Below are positions 51,783 to 64,000 of a stretch of 64,000 bases of DNA, one piece after another. Under the pieces are notes generated by a model, which was not told the DNA's origin, did no database searches, and was given only the letters and a program-made list of their open reading frames with translations. This DNA is from Haliotis rubra (taxonomy: Eukaryota). The stretch spans positions 372,001 to 436,000 of the forward strand of contig NW_025767121.1 of the NCBI RefSeq assembly GCF_003918875.1, given 5' to 3'. How positions within the stretch are numbered: position 1 is the stretch's first letter; each line of letters opens with the position of its first letter. A program made the position numbers and the translations under genes.

Positions 51783-54169
51783 TACATTGAATGTTAACAA
51801 TTAATTGTTAATGTTCATCAATTAATCATGATGACAACTTATTGTTAATCCTTATTAAAATCTTGATGATGACAAATGATGATATCAACCTTCATTAAAA
51901 TCATTCTCTGTCTTATAGCTGTGTGTTGTTATGTCTCTTAAGTGGATTAGTCCATTGTATGGAATAGGTAACAGGCAGGGGATTAACAGTGCAACAGACC
52001 GTAAACTATGTTGTTGTAAGCTGTAGGGTAGTGGCATGTAGGGGTAATGGGGGTTACCTCTCAGACACATTATATTGACTCCAAGCCGACCAGTCCTTGT
52101 TGTACCCATTAATGCCGAGCGCCAGACAGGGACCAACAAGTACCATATTTTAACGTCTTTTGGTATGACACGGTCGGGGATCGAACCCGCGACCTTCCGC
52201 TCTCCGGGCGGACGCTCTAACCACTACACCACGGAGGCGGTTCCACGGGTGAAGTAATGTGCTGCACATGGAAACAGGTCGGTGTCTTGAATTGAATTAT
52301 GACAGTTAATAAAGAAGGATTTATATGAAATGAAAATAGGATTCCAAAGATACCTAAGTTTTAACGTTCGTGATTAATTTATGTAAATGATGCCTATGAA
52401 ACAGTGACGACACTCCAAGAATTAAATCGGCAATTTATATACACTCTTAATATATCGTCATCATTTCAACATCATTAACGACACTTTTGGTGAACATACC
52501 AATGATTTATTGCTAAAACAGACGCCATCAATACAAATAAATACTATCGTTATTCAACGTAAAGGGTAATAACAGACATATAAACAATATCCTACATCAG
52601 TAATCTTCATTATATCTATAACATCAACAACTAGTTAACATTTACGCCATCATATAACGGTTTTGTAATTAATTATTCATATTATATTTTGAAAAGAAAC
52701 TAGGATGAAATTGTAAATGGCCATTGATTGTCTATTTAAAGTAAGCACACAAACGTAATCCTAGAAATAGAAATTGATTACTGAGGGAAAACGCATATTT
52801 TAACATTTAACATTTAATTATGCCTTGTAACCTTTTCCAGGGTAATTACAATGCGAGGTGCAGTTTTCAAATATTTCCATATCAAAACTTAAAATGAATC
52901 ACAACTGAACGGCAGAATTTCTGCCACTTTTGATTTGCACAATTTTCGGTATATCAATACAATAGAGATTGTATTACAACATAAATGACAAATTGACAAG
53001 TTGTTGACAGTTGACAAGTTGACAAGTTTATTCTGTGTAGAGGCCTCAAGGCCAAGAGCACATACATGTACAGAATAATGGCAGCGCATACAAAAGTAGT
53101 TTTTGATACATAATTAAGTATGCAGGTTTTTCTTAAGGAATATAGCAAGGATTTTAACATGTTTCACATTTGTGATGACAAGAGTTGGTATAACTTATTC
53201 TTAGAGTGGAAGGTGTGGTAGAAACGGGGTATAAGCTGCTTCCTCAAAACGTTATAATATGGGCACAGGAACATTAGGGGGAATTCATGTTCTATAATAT
53301 TCATGTTACATACAATGTCCTTATCATATTTCAATTTACTCACTTTTAACTGATTAAACTGGACACGTAGTTTACATTATATAAGGAGTAAATCTTTGTG
53401 GCTGAACAGTTTTACTACATATTTCTCTGTATCTAACAGAGATGTAAAGTTAGAGTAAAATGAGAAATCTCCCCGACCTGACAGCTTATCATGTCATTCT
53501 TGAAATTGAATGTCTACACATCTTTAGGAAAACATAATCATAAATATTTTATAATCACCGAAATCACGTGCAATCCTTGGTTTAACCATATTTTTATTTC
53601 GAAGAAATCTGGATTGGTAAAAAAGCAAAGCTTGCTTATTAAAATACCTCTCCAGGTAAAAATTTAATACAGCTGATAAGTACATGTATACGTTTTACAA
53701 GATAGTGCTAAACAGAATATATAGTTGCACAAACGGAGTACTAGTATATAAAGTCAGTATTTTGGTGTCCGTGGTGTCTGAGGAAAAGTGCGATAATGCT
53801 GTTATCATTGCCTTGTGAATTTAAAATTGCTCAAATCTTTTGCTTTTAACGATAAAGTCGTGAACTGATTGAAGGATTTCCATGTTTGTGGAACTGCTGA
53901 CTGAACTATGGCCATAAAGTATTGATGTTAGATCATACCCATGTGTATAAAAGTCCATAGTTTTTCTGATATTATCGTATTTATGACATGTAAAGAAAAA
54001 GTGAATTGTATCCTCAGATTGATACCCACATGTGCAGTCCGGGGTTTCTGATACATGGCGCCTAAACTTATTGGCGTTTAAGTCGCTACAGCCGAGTCTG
54101 AGGCGACAGTGGACAATTTGGCAGAATCTAGAACCATAATTTCAAGTCCAGGTTATTCATAATTCTATC

Positions 54170-56640
54170 AGAACGATTTATTAATGATTTAAATTCTTTT
54201 AATGATCATGCATTAGTAATTACTTCATCAGGTAGATTATTCCACAAGTCAATCATGTCCTGTCAGGAAGGAATGATCTGGCATAAGACTGGGTTCTACA
54301 TTTGATTGTCTGTAAGTTGGGATCTACTTCTAAGATTATATTTGTTACTTTCAGAGACTTTGGGTGGTATAAGTTTGTTGAGATATTCAGGCGAAATACC
54401 GCGTCTCATTTTATAAAATGTAATCAATTTGAAGCGATGTCTTCGTTCTTTTAGAGATTGAGAGTTTGTTTCGATTTATATTTTTGCATGACCAGGACCA
54501 CGAACTGCCCCACAGGTAGTTCTCAGGCCGTCCAAATGCAAATTTTCGAGTAGTAATGACTGTTCGTTTGCACAGTTATCCCAGACATGACAACAGTAGT
54601 CGAAGTTAGGCTGGATAAAAGACGCATACATAGTATCAAGCGTTTTTCTGGGCAGTCTGTACTTGAAGCTCCTAAAGCAGTTGATCATTGGACTTACTTT
54701 CCTAATAACTTCGTTGATATGTAGTATTTTCCATGAGCAATCAGTTTGAAGTGTAATTCCTAGTTGTTTATGGCTTTGTACCTCATTTATCAGAGTAGAC
54801 TCCATGTATAAGTTTGGTCTAACACTAGATCCGACCTTACGGCTAAATGTTATAGTTTGGTCTTATCATGGTTGAATCCGACTTGCCATTTGCGGGCCCA
54901 ATTTGAAATCTTTGCTAAATCGTTATTAATACAATTTGCCGCGGAAATGTGATCGTCAACTATGACATATATGGACAATGGCGTTTATGTAAACAATAAA
55001 CAGCAGTGGTCCTAGGACAGACCCCTGGGGAACCCCTGCTTGTACATATTTTGATTCTGAACTGCAACCATTAATAACTACGTTTGAACTCTGTTTTCTA
55101 AATAACATTTGAACCATTTCAGAGATCACCTTGGATACCATAAGCGTTATGTTTATGGATGATACCTTCATGCCATACCCAATCAAACTCTTTGCTTATA
55201 TCGCAAAAAAACAGATCTGATTTCTTTATCTTCATCTAATGCACTAGCGATAAAATTATATAGGTATATAAGCTGATATGATGTTGAGCCACTGGCATAT
55301 ATCCCGACTGTAGATTGGTTAGGGGGTTATTTTCCCTGAAAAAGTTGAACACATGTTTGAAAATACACTTTTCAAAAAGTTTGGCTACGCAACTCGTAAG
55401 TGCTACAGGTCTATAGTTTGAGCATTCAAGTACATCACCTTTTTTATGAATTGGCGTTATTGATGCTTGTTTCCAGAATGTCGGAAAACATTTATTTCGA
55501 AGAGATCAGTTAAATAACTTGGTAAGAAAAGGAGCCAGGGTAGTCGCTGTTAATTTAAGTAGTTTGTTTTCTATACCATCTGGCTCTGTAGCTTTAGTTG
55601 TATCTACAGAAAGAGAAATATGACAAACTTCTTTCAGATTCAAATTCACAGACTGCAATCGTTTATTGACTTTACACGGTCCAATAATTGGGAGTTCAGC
55701 ATCGGGGGTTTTCACCTTCGACTGATCAACGAAAAATCCATTGAGGGCATTGGTAATGTCTTCCACGTCATCATACAAAATGTTATTTGATACAATTGAC
55801 GGAAACGTACACATTTTCCTTGTACCTTTTCATATATTTGTTAACCAGTCGCCACCACATCTTAGTACCATTTGGACTATTTATTATTGTATCTATTTTT
55901 AATTCATAATCTCTTTTGCTTTTCTGACTGATGCTATTACCTTGTTCCTGCAGTTTCTAAATTTGTCCCAGTCTGCGAGTCTATGTCGATTTTTAGCAAT
56001 TTTATGAATACAATTTCGTGTTCTTATAAGAGAACGAATCTCATTATTTAACCACAGGGGATCTTTTTTCATGAATGTGACAATCCTATTCGATATATTA
56101 TTATCGAGAATATCTTTAATTTTACAAGTAAAATCTTCAGTGATAGTATTAATATCGTCAGATGAAAATAAACTGTCAGAGTCTATGGCATTATTATCGT
56201 GATTTATACCATCTACATCCGCCAGAGAGTAATTATATATATTTCTCTTAAAGGTGTGATTTGGGGAAACATTCCTTTTATATTAACAAATATTGGGCAA
56301 TGATCACTACAAATAGGTTCTAGTACACCTGAAAGTCTTACATTGTCTATACTGGATACGAACATCAAATCGAGCAAAGTTTTAGAGCAGGACGTAATTC
56401 TTGTAGGCTCTGTAATAATTTGCTTCAAACCCTACATAGTTTGTAAATGTTCGATCTTTTGACTGGTTTCACATAGAATGTCTAGATTGAAATCGCCAGT
56501 AACAACTGTAAACATGTCAAGATCAATTGCATTGCCTATCGACTCATCAATTAGATCCAATAGTAGACACTTTTGTCAGCACGATAAAAAGCCCTAATTA
56601 AATATTTGCGGGTTCTGCAGGTGACCTGTATCCATATCGC
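54170..56640 (-). pseudogene. Decayed CR1/L2-group LINE ORF2 (APE endonuclease plus reverse transcriptase)
   Basis: APE motifs VVTGDFNLD, EPTRITSCSKTLLDL and SDHCPI; tether KATEPDGIENKLLK; RT GVPQGSVLGPLLFIVYIN; HKQLGITL; FDYCCHVWDN. Many frameshifts. Confidence 0.93.
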
Positions 56641-57380
56641 ACAAAAAAAGACACAAAAATAAGCACCATATGGATTTTCTTTTCTTGAATAACAATCAAA
56701 AGCAATGAAATAAACCAAGTTATCTTTCCGTTGTTATCAAAGATCTTTAGCAGAACATATCATATCACAATATAAATGGACTATCAGCAGTTTGTAAACT
56801 GATCTGAATCTGGAATCTTCGATACATTTATCAGAACTGTAGTCTGTAAGGTATTGGAAGACAATGTGACATAAGGCATGATAACTGTTTAATCTGCAGT
56901 ACATCGTACACGACATTGTATTCATACTTGTCACAGAAAAACTTTCCTTAAACCATATTCTCTTCATTTAGCTACCCGTGAAATTCAGATATCATGGAAA
57001 TACATGATGTCTATCGTCATGAAATTTGATTCCAAATCGCCGTACTGTACTGTACTGTTGTATCACTGTTCGAGAACACACATAAACTGCCTTAGGAATA
57101 ACCCAGAATGAATATGCGGTTAGTTAAAATCGGGTTTAAACGCCCCATTCAAGATTGTTGCTCTTACATTGTTAAGTGCGTGCACGTGAATGGTTGTTTG
57201 TATGGGCGTCTTGCCATATTTGATATTGTGTTCGAATACCGTACAGGCTACATTTTTCATGTGCGTATGTTTGTGTGTTGCTGAAGACCAATTCTAACCC
57301 CGATTTCCAAGGGTCTACTGAGTATTTGATGTGAAGATATAGCATTTATAATACCATTCGTTCCATATAAAATTTCAAAT

Positions 57381-57545
57381 GGGGACGGAGGAGTAGCCTA
57401 GTGGTTAAAGCGTTCGCTAGTTACGCCGAAGACCCGGGTTCCATTCCCCACATGGGTACAATGTGTGAAACAAATTTCTGGTGTCCCCCGCCGTGATATT
57501 GCTGGAATATTGCTAAAAGCGGCGTAAAACTAAACTCACTTACTC
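57381..57545 (+). mobile_element. SINE family A
   Basis: Full length with TSD aaatttcaa. Confidence 0.92.
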
Positions 57546-58376
57546 AAATTTCAATTGCTCAATAACATCCCTTTAGGCATACAAATTTACAAACAGAAAG
57601 CTACGGTCAGGTCGATTATTCTGAAACCCTTTCTATCCATCCTGAACATTTACTTAATACAATTTAAAATATCACCACAAAATCGTTCAGATGAAAGGGA
57701 CATCGTCACAGAGCTATATCACTTTCGTTCTAGCATACATAGCAACTATCATAAATCGACCAGAAACCAAAAAACGTTTCTGAGCAAAACGTTCGGCACT
57801 ATCAGCGTCTCTGCGAAGATCAAGCTTGTGATAAGCAGTTGTTTTTATTCTTCATTTTTATATGCTGCAAAGCGTTGGTAATCTTTTTACAAACCGTTCT
57901 CTCAGTAATCAGTCAATTGCCTGAGAAAACACAGAGTAAATGATTTTCAACCTAAACAGATTTGACAGGTATTCCCAAGTTTACTTTTTCATATTTAAAA
58001 AAGCAGAACAAAAAAATACCGGGATAAAACGTCCATCCAAATTAGATTTTAAAATCTTTGATAAATCCCCACCACAGCTCGTTTATCGATTTCAATAATA
58101 TTGTCCCGGTCAGGTTATTCTGAGAACAATCGTTTCCCATGTCCAAAGCTATGTAAATCAAATGAGCTGAGGGAAGTAGTGTTCGGTCATGGAAGCTAAT
58201 GGTTTGTATTGCTTGTAAATCATATTACCGACATGCAGTGTGCAAAGCGAACTGGTTTGATAGCTGCTTATTCTCAGTGTGCATTCGCGTATCAATAATG
58301 ACCTTGTTTGAACATTGCATGGAACTGGCAGCATCATCACATCTGTTTTGACAACAGGGCAGTATAACAGCTATTG

Positions 58377-58872
58377 TCTGTTTGCGGTGAAAACGTACCG
58401 ATGAATTTCACTTTAAACAAAAAAGAAAATCAAATATAGTGAAATTAAGATTGCGAATCCTCATAATTTTATCTTGCCATTTGAAAATTTAAATCTCAGA
58501 ATTTTATTCAACTTAGGATCATAGTTTCAAATCGTTATTGTTGGTTTGTATTACAAGGGGGTATGCACATTAAATGAAACACCAAGAACAAGGAGGGTTG
58601 GTCTAAGTTTACGCTCATCACGTACCGCACGTGCATTTGTTTCACTGTTCCAACTACTGCGCTTACTCCCTTGTAATACAAACCAATATAAGCGATTTGA
58701 AACTATGATCGTTTGTTAAACAACTTTTTTTCCTAAGTGGAATAAAAATCTAAGATTTAAATGTTCAATTGGCAAGGTAGAATTATGAGGATTTGCAATC
58801 TTAATTTCACTTTATTCGATTACATTTTTGTTTAAAGTGCAATTCACCGGTACATTTTCACTGCAAATAGAC
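58377..58872. mobile_element. Long inverted repeat / MITE-like foldback
   Basis: Arms 58377-58569 and 58658-58872 are diverged reverse complements around a spacer of about 90 bp. No clear TSD. Confidence 0.8.
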
Positions 58873-59054
58873 TAAAGTGTTTAGATTGTAGGGATTGTAA
58901 CAATAAATGACACCAAACAAACAAGTTTCAACGTGGATTGTCACAATAAAACATTGTTTGTTTCGGTAACTATGTGTGATATATTTGAAGAAAGGGGGTG
59001 GTTTTCACAGTATGGGTGTTTCATAGAAGAATTGAATGTAAAGGTAGAGATGAG

Positions 59055-59435
59055 AATATGAACACATTGATATAAGGCATTTAAGAATACGAACAACTTC
59101 ATCTGAACAACATTGAATATTTTGGGAATTAACTTTTGAGAATGTGAACAGCTTGACCTAAACCTCATTGAACATTTTGGGGATGAACTTCTAAGAATAT
59201 GAACAACTTGATCTAAACCACATTTAACATTCTGGAGATGAACCTCTAAAGAAAAACTTTGAACAGTTTGGGTATGAACAACTTGATCTAAACCACACTT
59301 AACATTTTGGGGATGAACACCTTTATCTAAACAACATTTAACAATTAAGGATGAACTTCTAAGAATATGAACAACTTGATCTAAACCACATTGAACAAGT
59401 TTGGGGATGAATAGAACAACTTGATCTGAACCCCA
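59055..59435. repeat. Degenerate tandem repeat, core about 39 bp
   Basis: gaacaacttgatctaaaccacattgaacattttggggat recurs with variable spacers. Confidence 0.8.
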
Positions 59436-59970
59436 TTGCACATGTTTGTAACGAATTTTTCCTGTGCGACATGGTCCCAGTTGCTATTCAATTTTAGACC
59501 AGCATCTGCAGCTGTGTTAAGTTGATCTGGATCCCAAAGGATGCTGTCAGTGACCCCATTAAGACCATGCGAAGACGTGGTCAAGCATGTGTCAGGGTTC
59601 ACGGGGGTCACCCTTGCTTACAACAGTTTCTTCTCAGGCCACATTATAGTCACTTCACGAGATCAGATTTTACAATAAATGTGTAAACAAACATTTGTTT
59701 TCCTTTTTATTTTCATTACTCACGTGTTTCAGGAATTTCGTTTGGTGTATTTTTTTTCTCATTTAAAAAAAAATAAATTTAAATTTCAATAGGATGCAAC
59801 AATTCCATACGTTCTGACCTACTAGTTTTCACGAACATTGTCTCAATGTGTGACTGAAGTGCAATTGGACAGCATGAAAGGATACATTGTACAGAGAAAT
59901 ATTCATTTTTCTTGAAAGATGGACAATGGATTATTGGTCGGTGAATATATATATATAATTTTGTTACATT

Positions 59971-60470
59971 GGGGGCGTGGTGGGCGAGCTGTCTAAGCGC
60001 CAGGCTAATGATCCAGCGAGATTTAGGTGCCGGGATCGAGCCCACCTGTGACCGGGTGTTAAAACCTTGGAGTCAACTTGTGCGCAGACTCTTTCAGTGT
60101 TGTCATAACCCTGTGTACTTAAAAGAACCCACGAATCCGTTGGTAAATGACCAGATGGTGGCCACATGAATACGTGCAAACACCTATTTGTGGGTACAAC
60201 AACGTGCATTAAAAGAGGACAAAGTACTGTGACTATGTGTCCCAGTCCACCCAGCTGTGAATGGGTATCTCGTAAGGATAGGAAAGCCACAATAACTCGG
60301 TGCGCCATATAGTGGCTGCAAGGGTTGTATGTTCCTCAGGGAGTTGAGATTGATAATACGATGTGCCGTTGAGATTGACATCCTATGATCGAGAGAAAAC
60401 AAAAGCGCCTGTGAGCAGCCTAGCTGGAAGTCGGCGCTATATAAATAGATTATAATAATGATAATAATAA
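59971..60470 (+). mobile_element. SINE family D
   Basis: Aligns to 788-1284; tail gcgctatataaat+(taa)n. Confidence 0.88.
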
Positions 60471-61226
60471 CATCCTTTGTCAGATACTGGCCACAGCTTG
60501 GACAAAATGGCCTCCAGATTTTAATTGTGGCGCGTTACATGCTGATACCGTCGGAATAATGGAGATTTCCTATGATGACGGAAATGCTTTGTCGCGTTTA
60601 TTTATAACATCAAACAATTATCACATAACCTCAAGATTATATCAGTTATTACGGTTACAGTAGTTTTTGTCTCACCAGGAAAGTCTATAATGACGGCATG
60701 CTCTGAAACAGAATCCCTCTTTAGAACCAATTTGGCATCATTTTATGATCTCATAAATAACCAAGACTTTGTAATTCACACATTACACAAATTGTCTTCA
60801 TTGAAATCTGTAAACCATTCATGTTCCAAGTCAGACTCTAGGACGGCGACCTGTATGATGTACTTAGGGGATTCGACATGAGTGTCAACTAGGGGCTAGG
60901 AGAAGAGCAGTAGCTGATCCAATGCCTGTGTTAACAGGAAGTCAATACCTAGTCACAACACGAGCGAAAATCCGATTTTTCTAAAGGATTAGGCTGTCAC
61001 TTCCTGACAAAGAGTTTTCAGGATGTTATTGAAGTTCTTGCACGCCAGATTATAAAGGGTAAGGGTAAACCAATGTTCGTGGGGTCAGTCACCTGCGGCT
61101 GTCCGTCAATGCAGATTCCATTGGAATCTTAAGCTCTTGGCGTTGCAACACAGGCACGCAATGGAAGAAGTAGCAGGAATGTTTTCGTTGTTTCGAATCA
61201 AAGATTATACAAAAACCGTATTATTT

Positions 61227-61548
61227 GGTGGTGTGTGGCCCTGTGCGTAGAGCTCAGGTCGCAAATCAGAAAACTCTTGAGAGTTTCTTGGACTTCAGTC
61301 CTGCCCCACAACAAAGCACATGTCATACATGTGGTCTCACCTTTGGTAAGTGAGTTTGTTCAAACTTGTCTCTGATCACCCAGCAGAAAATGGGTACCCG
61401 GTGGGATAGGTCATGTGACTATGATCCTTCTAGCGCCTCACAGGCAGCTTGGGTTATCCAGGGTAATAATGATCAGATTCTGATTACAGCGTCCAGTGAG
61501 CAACCAGTCAGATGATGATATAAATGAATTATTATTATCATTATTATT
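61227..61548 (+). mobile_element. 5S-derived SINE family C, with deletion of the 5S core
   Basis: Same start ggtggtgtgtgg..agagctcaggtc and same Deu-like body as 25548 and 47558. Confidence 0.75.
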
Positions 61549-61905
61549 TACAGCTGGAAACCAAATCGGGTAAAAAGTTGTTCATTTAGTTTTAATATGA
61601 ATATGAGGTTCAAAATCTACTTTTAAAATAAAAAAATTCCAATTAGAGCTGCATATAGGTATTGTGCACGTGATTCTATGTGCTGTGGATTACTGATATA
61701 GGCAACGATGGCCCTGACAATTATATCCATGACAAAGCAGTGAAGGACTTTCATTTCGGGGGAAAAACTGATTTGTCGGACAAACAAGTTATATTAAGTA
61801 AGTGTTCAGGATGGATAAAAAGGGTTTCAGAAGACTCAACCTGACCGTAGCTTTCTGTTAGTAAGTTTGTATGCCTAAAGGGATGTTATTGAGCAATTGA
61901 AATTT

Positions 61906-62006
61906 GAGTGAGTGAGTTTATTTTTACGCCGCTTTTTGCAATATTCCAGCAATATCACGGCGGGGGACACCACATATGGGCTTCACACATTGTACCCATG
62001 TGGGGA
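61906..62006 (-). mobile_element. SINE family A 3' half, part of an inverted duplicate of 57446-57660
   Basis: Shares about 115 bp of 3' flank with the 57381 copy. Confidence 0.85.
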
Positions 62007-62094
62007 TGGACCACTGGGACAAAGGAAAGGACACACTTGAAGCAGGATTTGTAAATGCGACCGCTGCGTTTTATGAGACGCACGTGCACCTGCT

Positions 62095-62225
62095 CTGTTT
62101 GTTGTTTTACGCCGCACACAGCAATATTCCAGCTATATGGTGGCGGTCTGTAAATAATCGAGTCTGGACCAGACAATCCAGTGATTAGCAGCATGAGTAT
62201 CGATCTACGCAACTGGGACACGATC
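62095..62225 (-). mobile_element. V-domain SINE (family B) 3' part
   Basis: Reverse-complement match to family B. Confidence 0.85.
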
Positions 62226-62321
62226 ACCTGTTGGTAGATGCTTATTGATACTATGCTTAAGATATCGCGTAGATACCCGTATCAAATATGCACTATCAAG
62301 TAACACTTTCTTGTTTATCAC

Positions 62322-62618
62322 GTGCTATATTTGGGATTACATTTTCTCAGTAAAGGACAGATTCTAGTACATTTTGTTGGATTGAGTTTCCGATCCCACA
62401 CCGTCAGTCAGGTAGCAGCACTGAAAGTCAGCCGTCTAACCCACTCAGCCTTCTCTGCTTCCACTACAGAAGTGGAAACTGCGCGGGCTGAGTGGGTTAG
62501 ATGGCGATTAGGTGCCTGACTCTGAGGGTGTGGGTTCGAATCCCTGATTGGGTTCAACCCAACAAAAGTACTAGAATGTATACTTTACTGAGAAAGTGTA
62601 ATCCCAAATGTAACATGT
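62322..62618. mobile_element. Foldback element of two head-to-head tRNA-like units
   Basis: Same arms as 28407-28719. Both halves keep ggctgagtgggttaga around a central hairpin ttccact-acaga-agtggaa. Confidence 0.78.
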
Positions 62619-62698
62619 CTTACGTTTGACCACTTTTTGAATGGCACTGTATATTATTCTTTTTCTGTTTCATTTCATGGGAGGATCCTTTCTTTTAA

Positions 62699-62800
62699 GG
62701 GGCGGTGGGGTAGCCTTGTGGTTAAGGCGTTCGCTTGTCACGCCGAGGACACGGGCTCGATTCCCCTCATGGGTACAGTGTGTGAAGCCCATTTCTGGTG
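62699..62800 (+). mobile_element. SINE family A, 3'-truncated
   Basis: Head and body match family A. Confidence 0.85.
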
Positions 62801-63207
62801 TTTTAGTCACGAAACGTTGTTTCTCTGCTCCCATGACATCTTCTTGTTCAATACAAAACATCCAAAAGCCCTAGCATGACGTTCTATGTTTATTATATAC
62901 TCTCTTATCGTGCATTAATCTGTTACTTAATAAAACAAAACCGGCAGACCCGGCAGGGGTTCAATGCAGAATCTGGGGTGCAATACGGAATCTAAACCAC
63001 GTCATCCGTATTGCACTCCGTATTACTATCCTAAGTTTACATGGGTATGTAATATGGGTATATTTGTAGCGTCATGTGGTGCTGTATCACAGCTGGCGTA
63101 TTCTATCGAACCAAAGGGGCAATGGAGGTTATTACATAGCACGTCTAGACAAATAATTAAAGCGCAATGGAGGTTAACATAGGATACATATATCATCGCA
63201 TCTCTAG

Positions 63208-63490
63208 TATTATTATATTAGTATTATTATATGGGTATATATTTAGCGCTATAGTCCATCCAAACTACATGCATGCTCAAACCGCTTTGTTTTCCCTCGA
63301 GCATAGGATGTCAATCTTATCGGCACGTCGTATTATCAATCTCAACTCCTGGGAACAAGTTAATGTGGCTTTCCCATCCTTACGAGGTACCCATTCACAG
63401 TTTGGTGGACTGGGACACATAGTCACAGTGCTTTGTCCAAGTTTACTGCACGTTGCTGTACCCGCAACTAGGTGTTTGCACGTATTCATT
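63208..63490 (-). mobile_element. SINE family D, 3' half
   Basis: Reverse complement of about 60165-60470. Confidence 0.82.
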
Positions 63491-63587
63491 GGTGAGTATC
63501 AAAAACAATAAACTCAACATTATTCTTGCGAATGTCGATGTCACCTACTGATCCTGACGAGAAAACATGTATGCCTGAACATGTGGA

Positions 63588-63931
63588 TGGTGGTGGAATT
63601 GGGTTTAACGTCGTGCTTGAGAATATTTCGCTCATATGACGACGCGCATGCTAGTGTATGTGTGGCTGCTTGTACTAGCCCAGACTGAAGCTGGTTTTAT
63701 AGTGCTAGCCCATTGAGATACCATGCCGCAGTGAAGCATGAATACCCCACTCAGACACATTATACTGACTCCGAGCCGACCAGTCCTTGTTGTACCCATT
63801 AATGCAAAGCGCCAGGCAGGGACCAACAAGTACCATATTTTAACGTCTTTTGGTATGACGCGGTCGGGGATCGAACCTGCGACCTTCCGCTCTCCGGGCG
63901 GACGCTCTAACCACTACACCACGGAGGCGGT
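63588..63931 (-). mobile_element. Meta-domain SINE (family E), full length
   Basis: Aligns to 48534-48890; 14-bp TSD cctgaacatgtgga. Confidence 0.93.
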
Positions 63932-64000
63932 CCTGAACATGTGGAAGTGTAGCTTCCTATTGAAAAGTATCCACAAAGAACTTAATGAATCACCCCCTGT

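Larger units (their letters stand above)
50421..52058. mobile_element. Non-autonomous TIR DNA transposon, Merlin-like
   Basis: Imperfect TIRs of about 38 bp (ggttgtaccccataacccatacatgccattaccc vs reverse complement ggtaacccccattacccctacatgccactaccc), GG..CC ends, TSD tctcagac (8 bp, extendable to 10). Confidence 0.75.
50248..52241 (-). mobile_element. Meta-domain SINE (family E) split by a 1.6-kb insertion
   Basis: Parts 50248-50420 and 52059-52241 rejoin to a full copy. 14-bp TSD tccacgggtgaagt at 50234-50247 / 52242-52255. Confidence 0.92.

Noticed and set aside
58941-59441. 166-aa repetitive ORF
   Set aside because: It is a by-product of a degenerate tandem repeat, with no recognisable domain.

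Overview
This is AT-rich eukaryotic (metazoan) genomic DNA with two assembly gaps. It is dominated by repeats, and I found no intact, recognisable protein-coding gene. The SINE repertoire (Meta-, V- and Deu/Nin-type central domains, (ACTC)n tails) suggests a mollusc, probably a gastropod such as abalone; this is inference. The retroelement content is at least five SINE families (four tRNA-type or V-domain, one 5S-derived), decayed LINEs (CR1/L2-group APE-RT, an L2 3' end, an REL-endonuclease fragment), and Penelope-like terminal-repeat remnants, one with a well-formed minimal hammerhead ribozyme motif. The DNA transposon content is three different TA-flanked Tc1/mariner relics, a Merlin-like TIR element that splits a SINE and carries LINE cargo, a foldback element built from head-to-head tRNA-like units, and a MITE-like inverted repeat. 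There are also several minisatellites and a roughly 3-unit tandem segmental duplication (about 17-43.6 kb) whose copies give empty-site controls for insertions. Nearly all ORF-track entries are spurious. The most unusual items are a Tc1 transposase whose catalytic core was deleted and replaced by an in-frame 48-bp minisatellite, the tRNA-headed foldback family, the hammerhead-bearing PLE remnants and the nested Merlin-like carrier.
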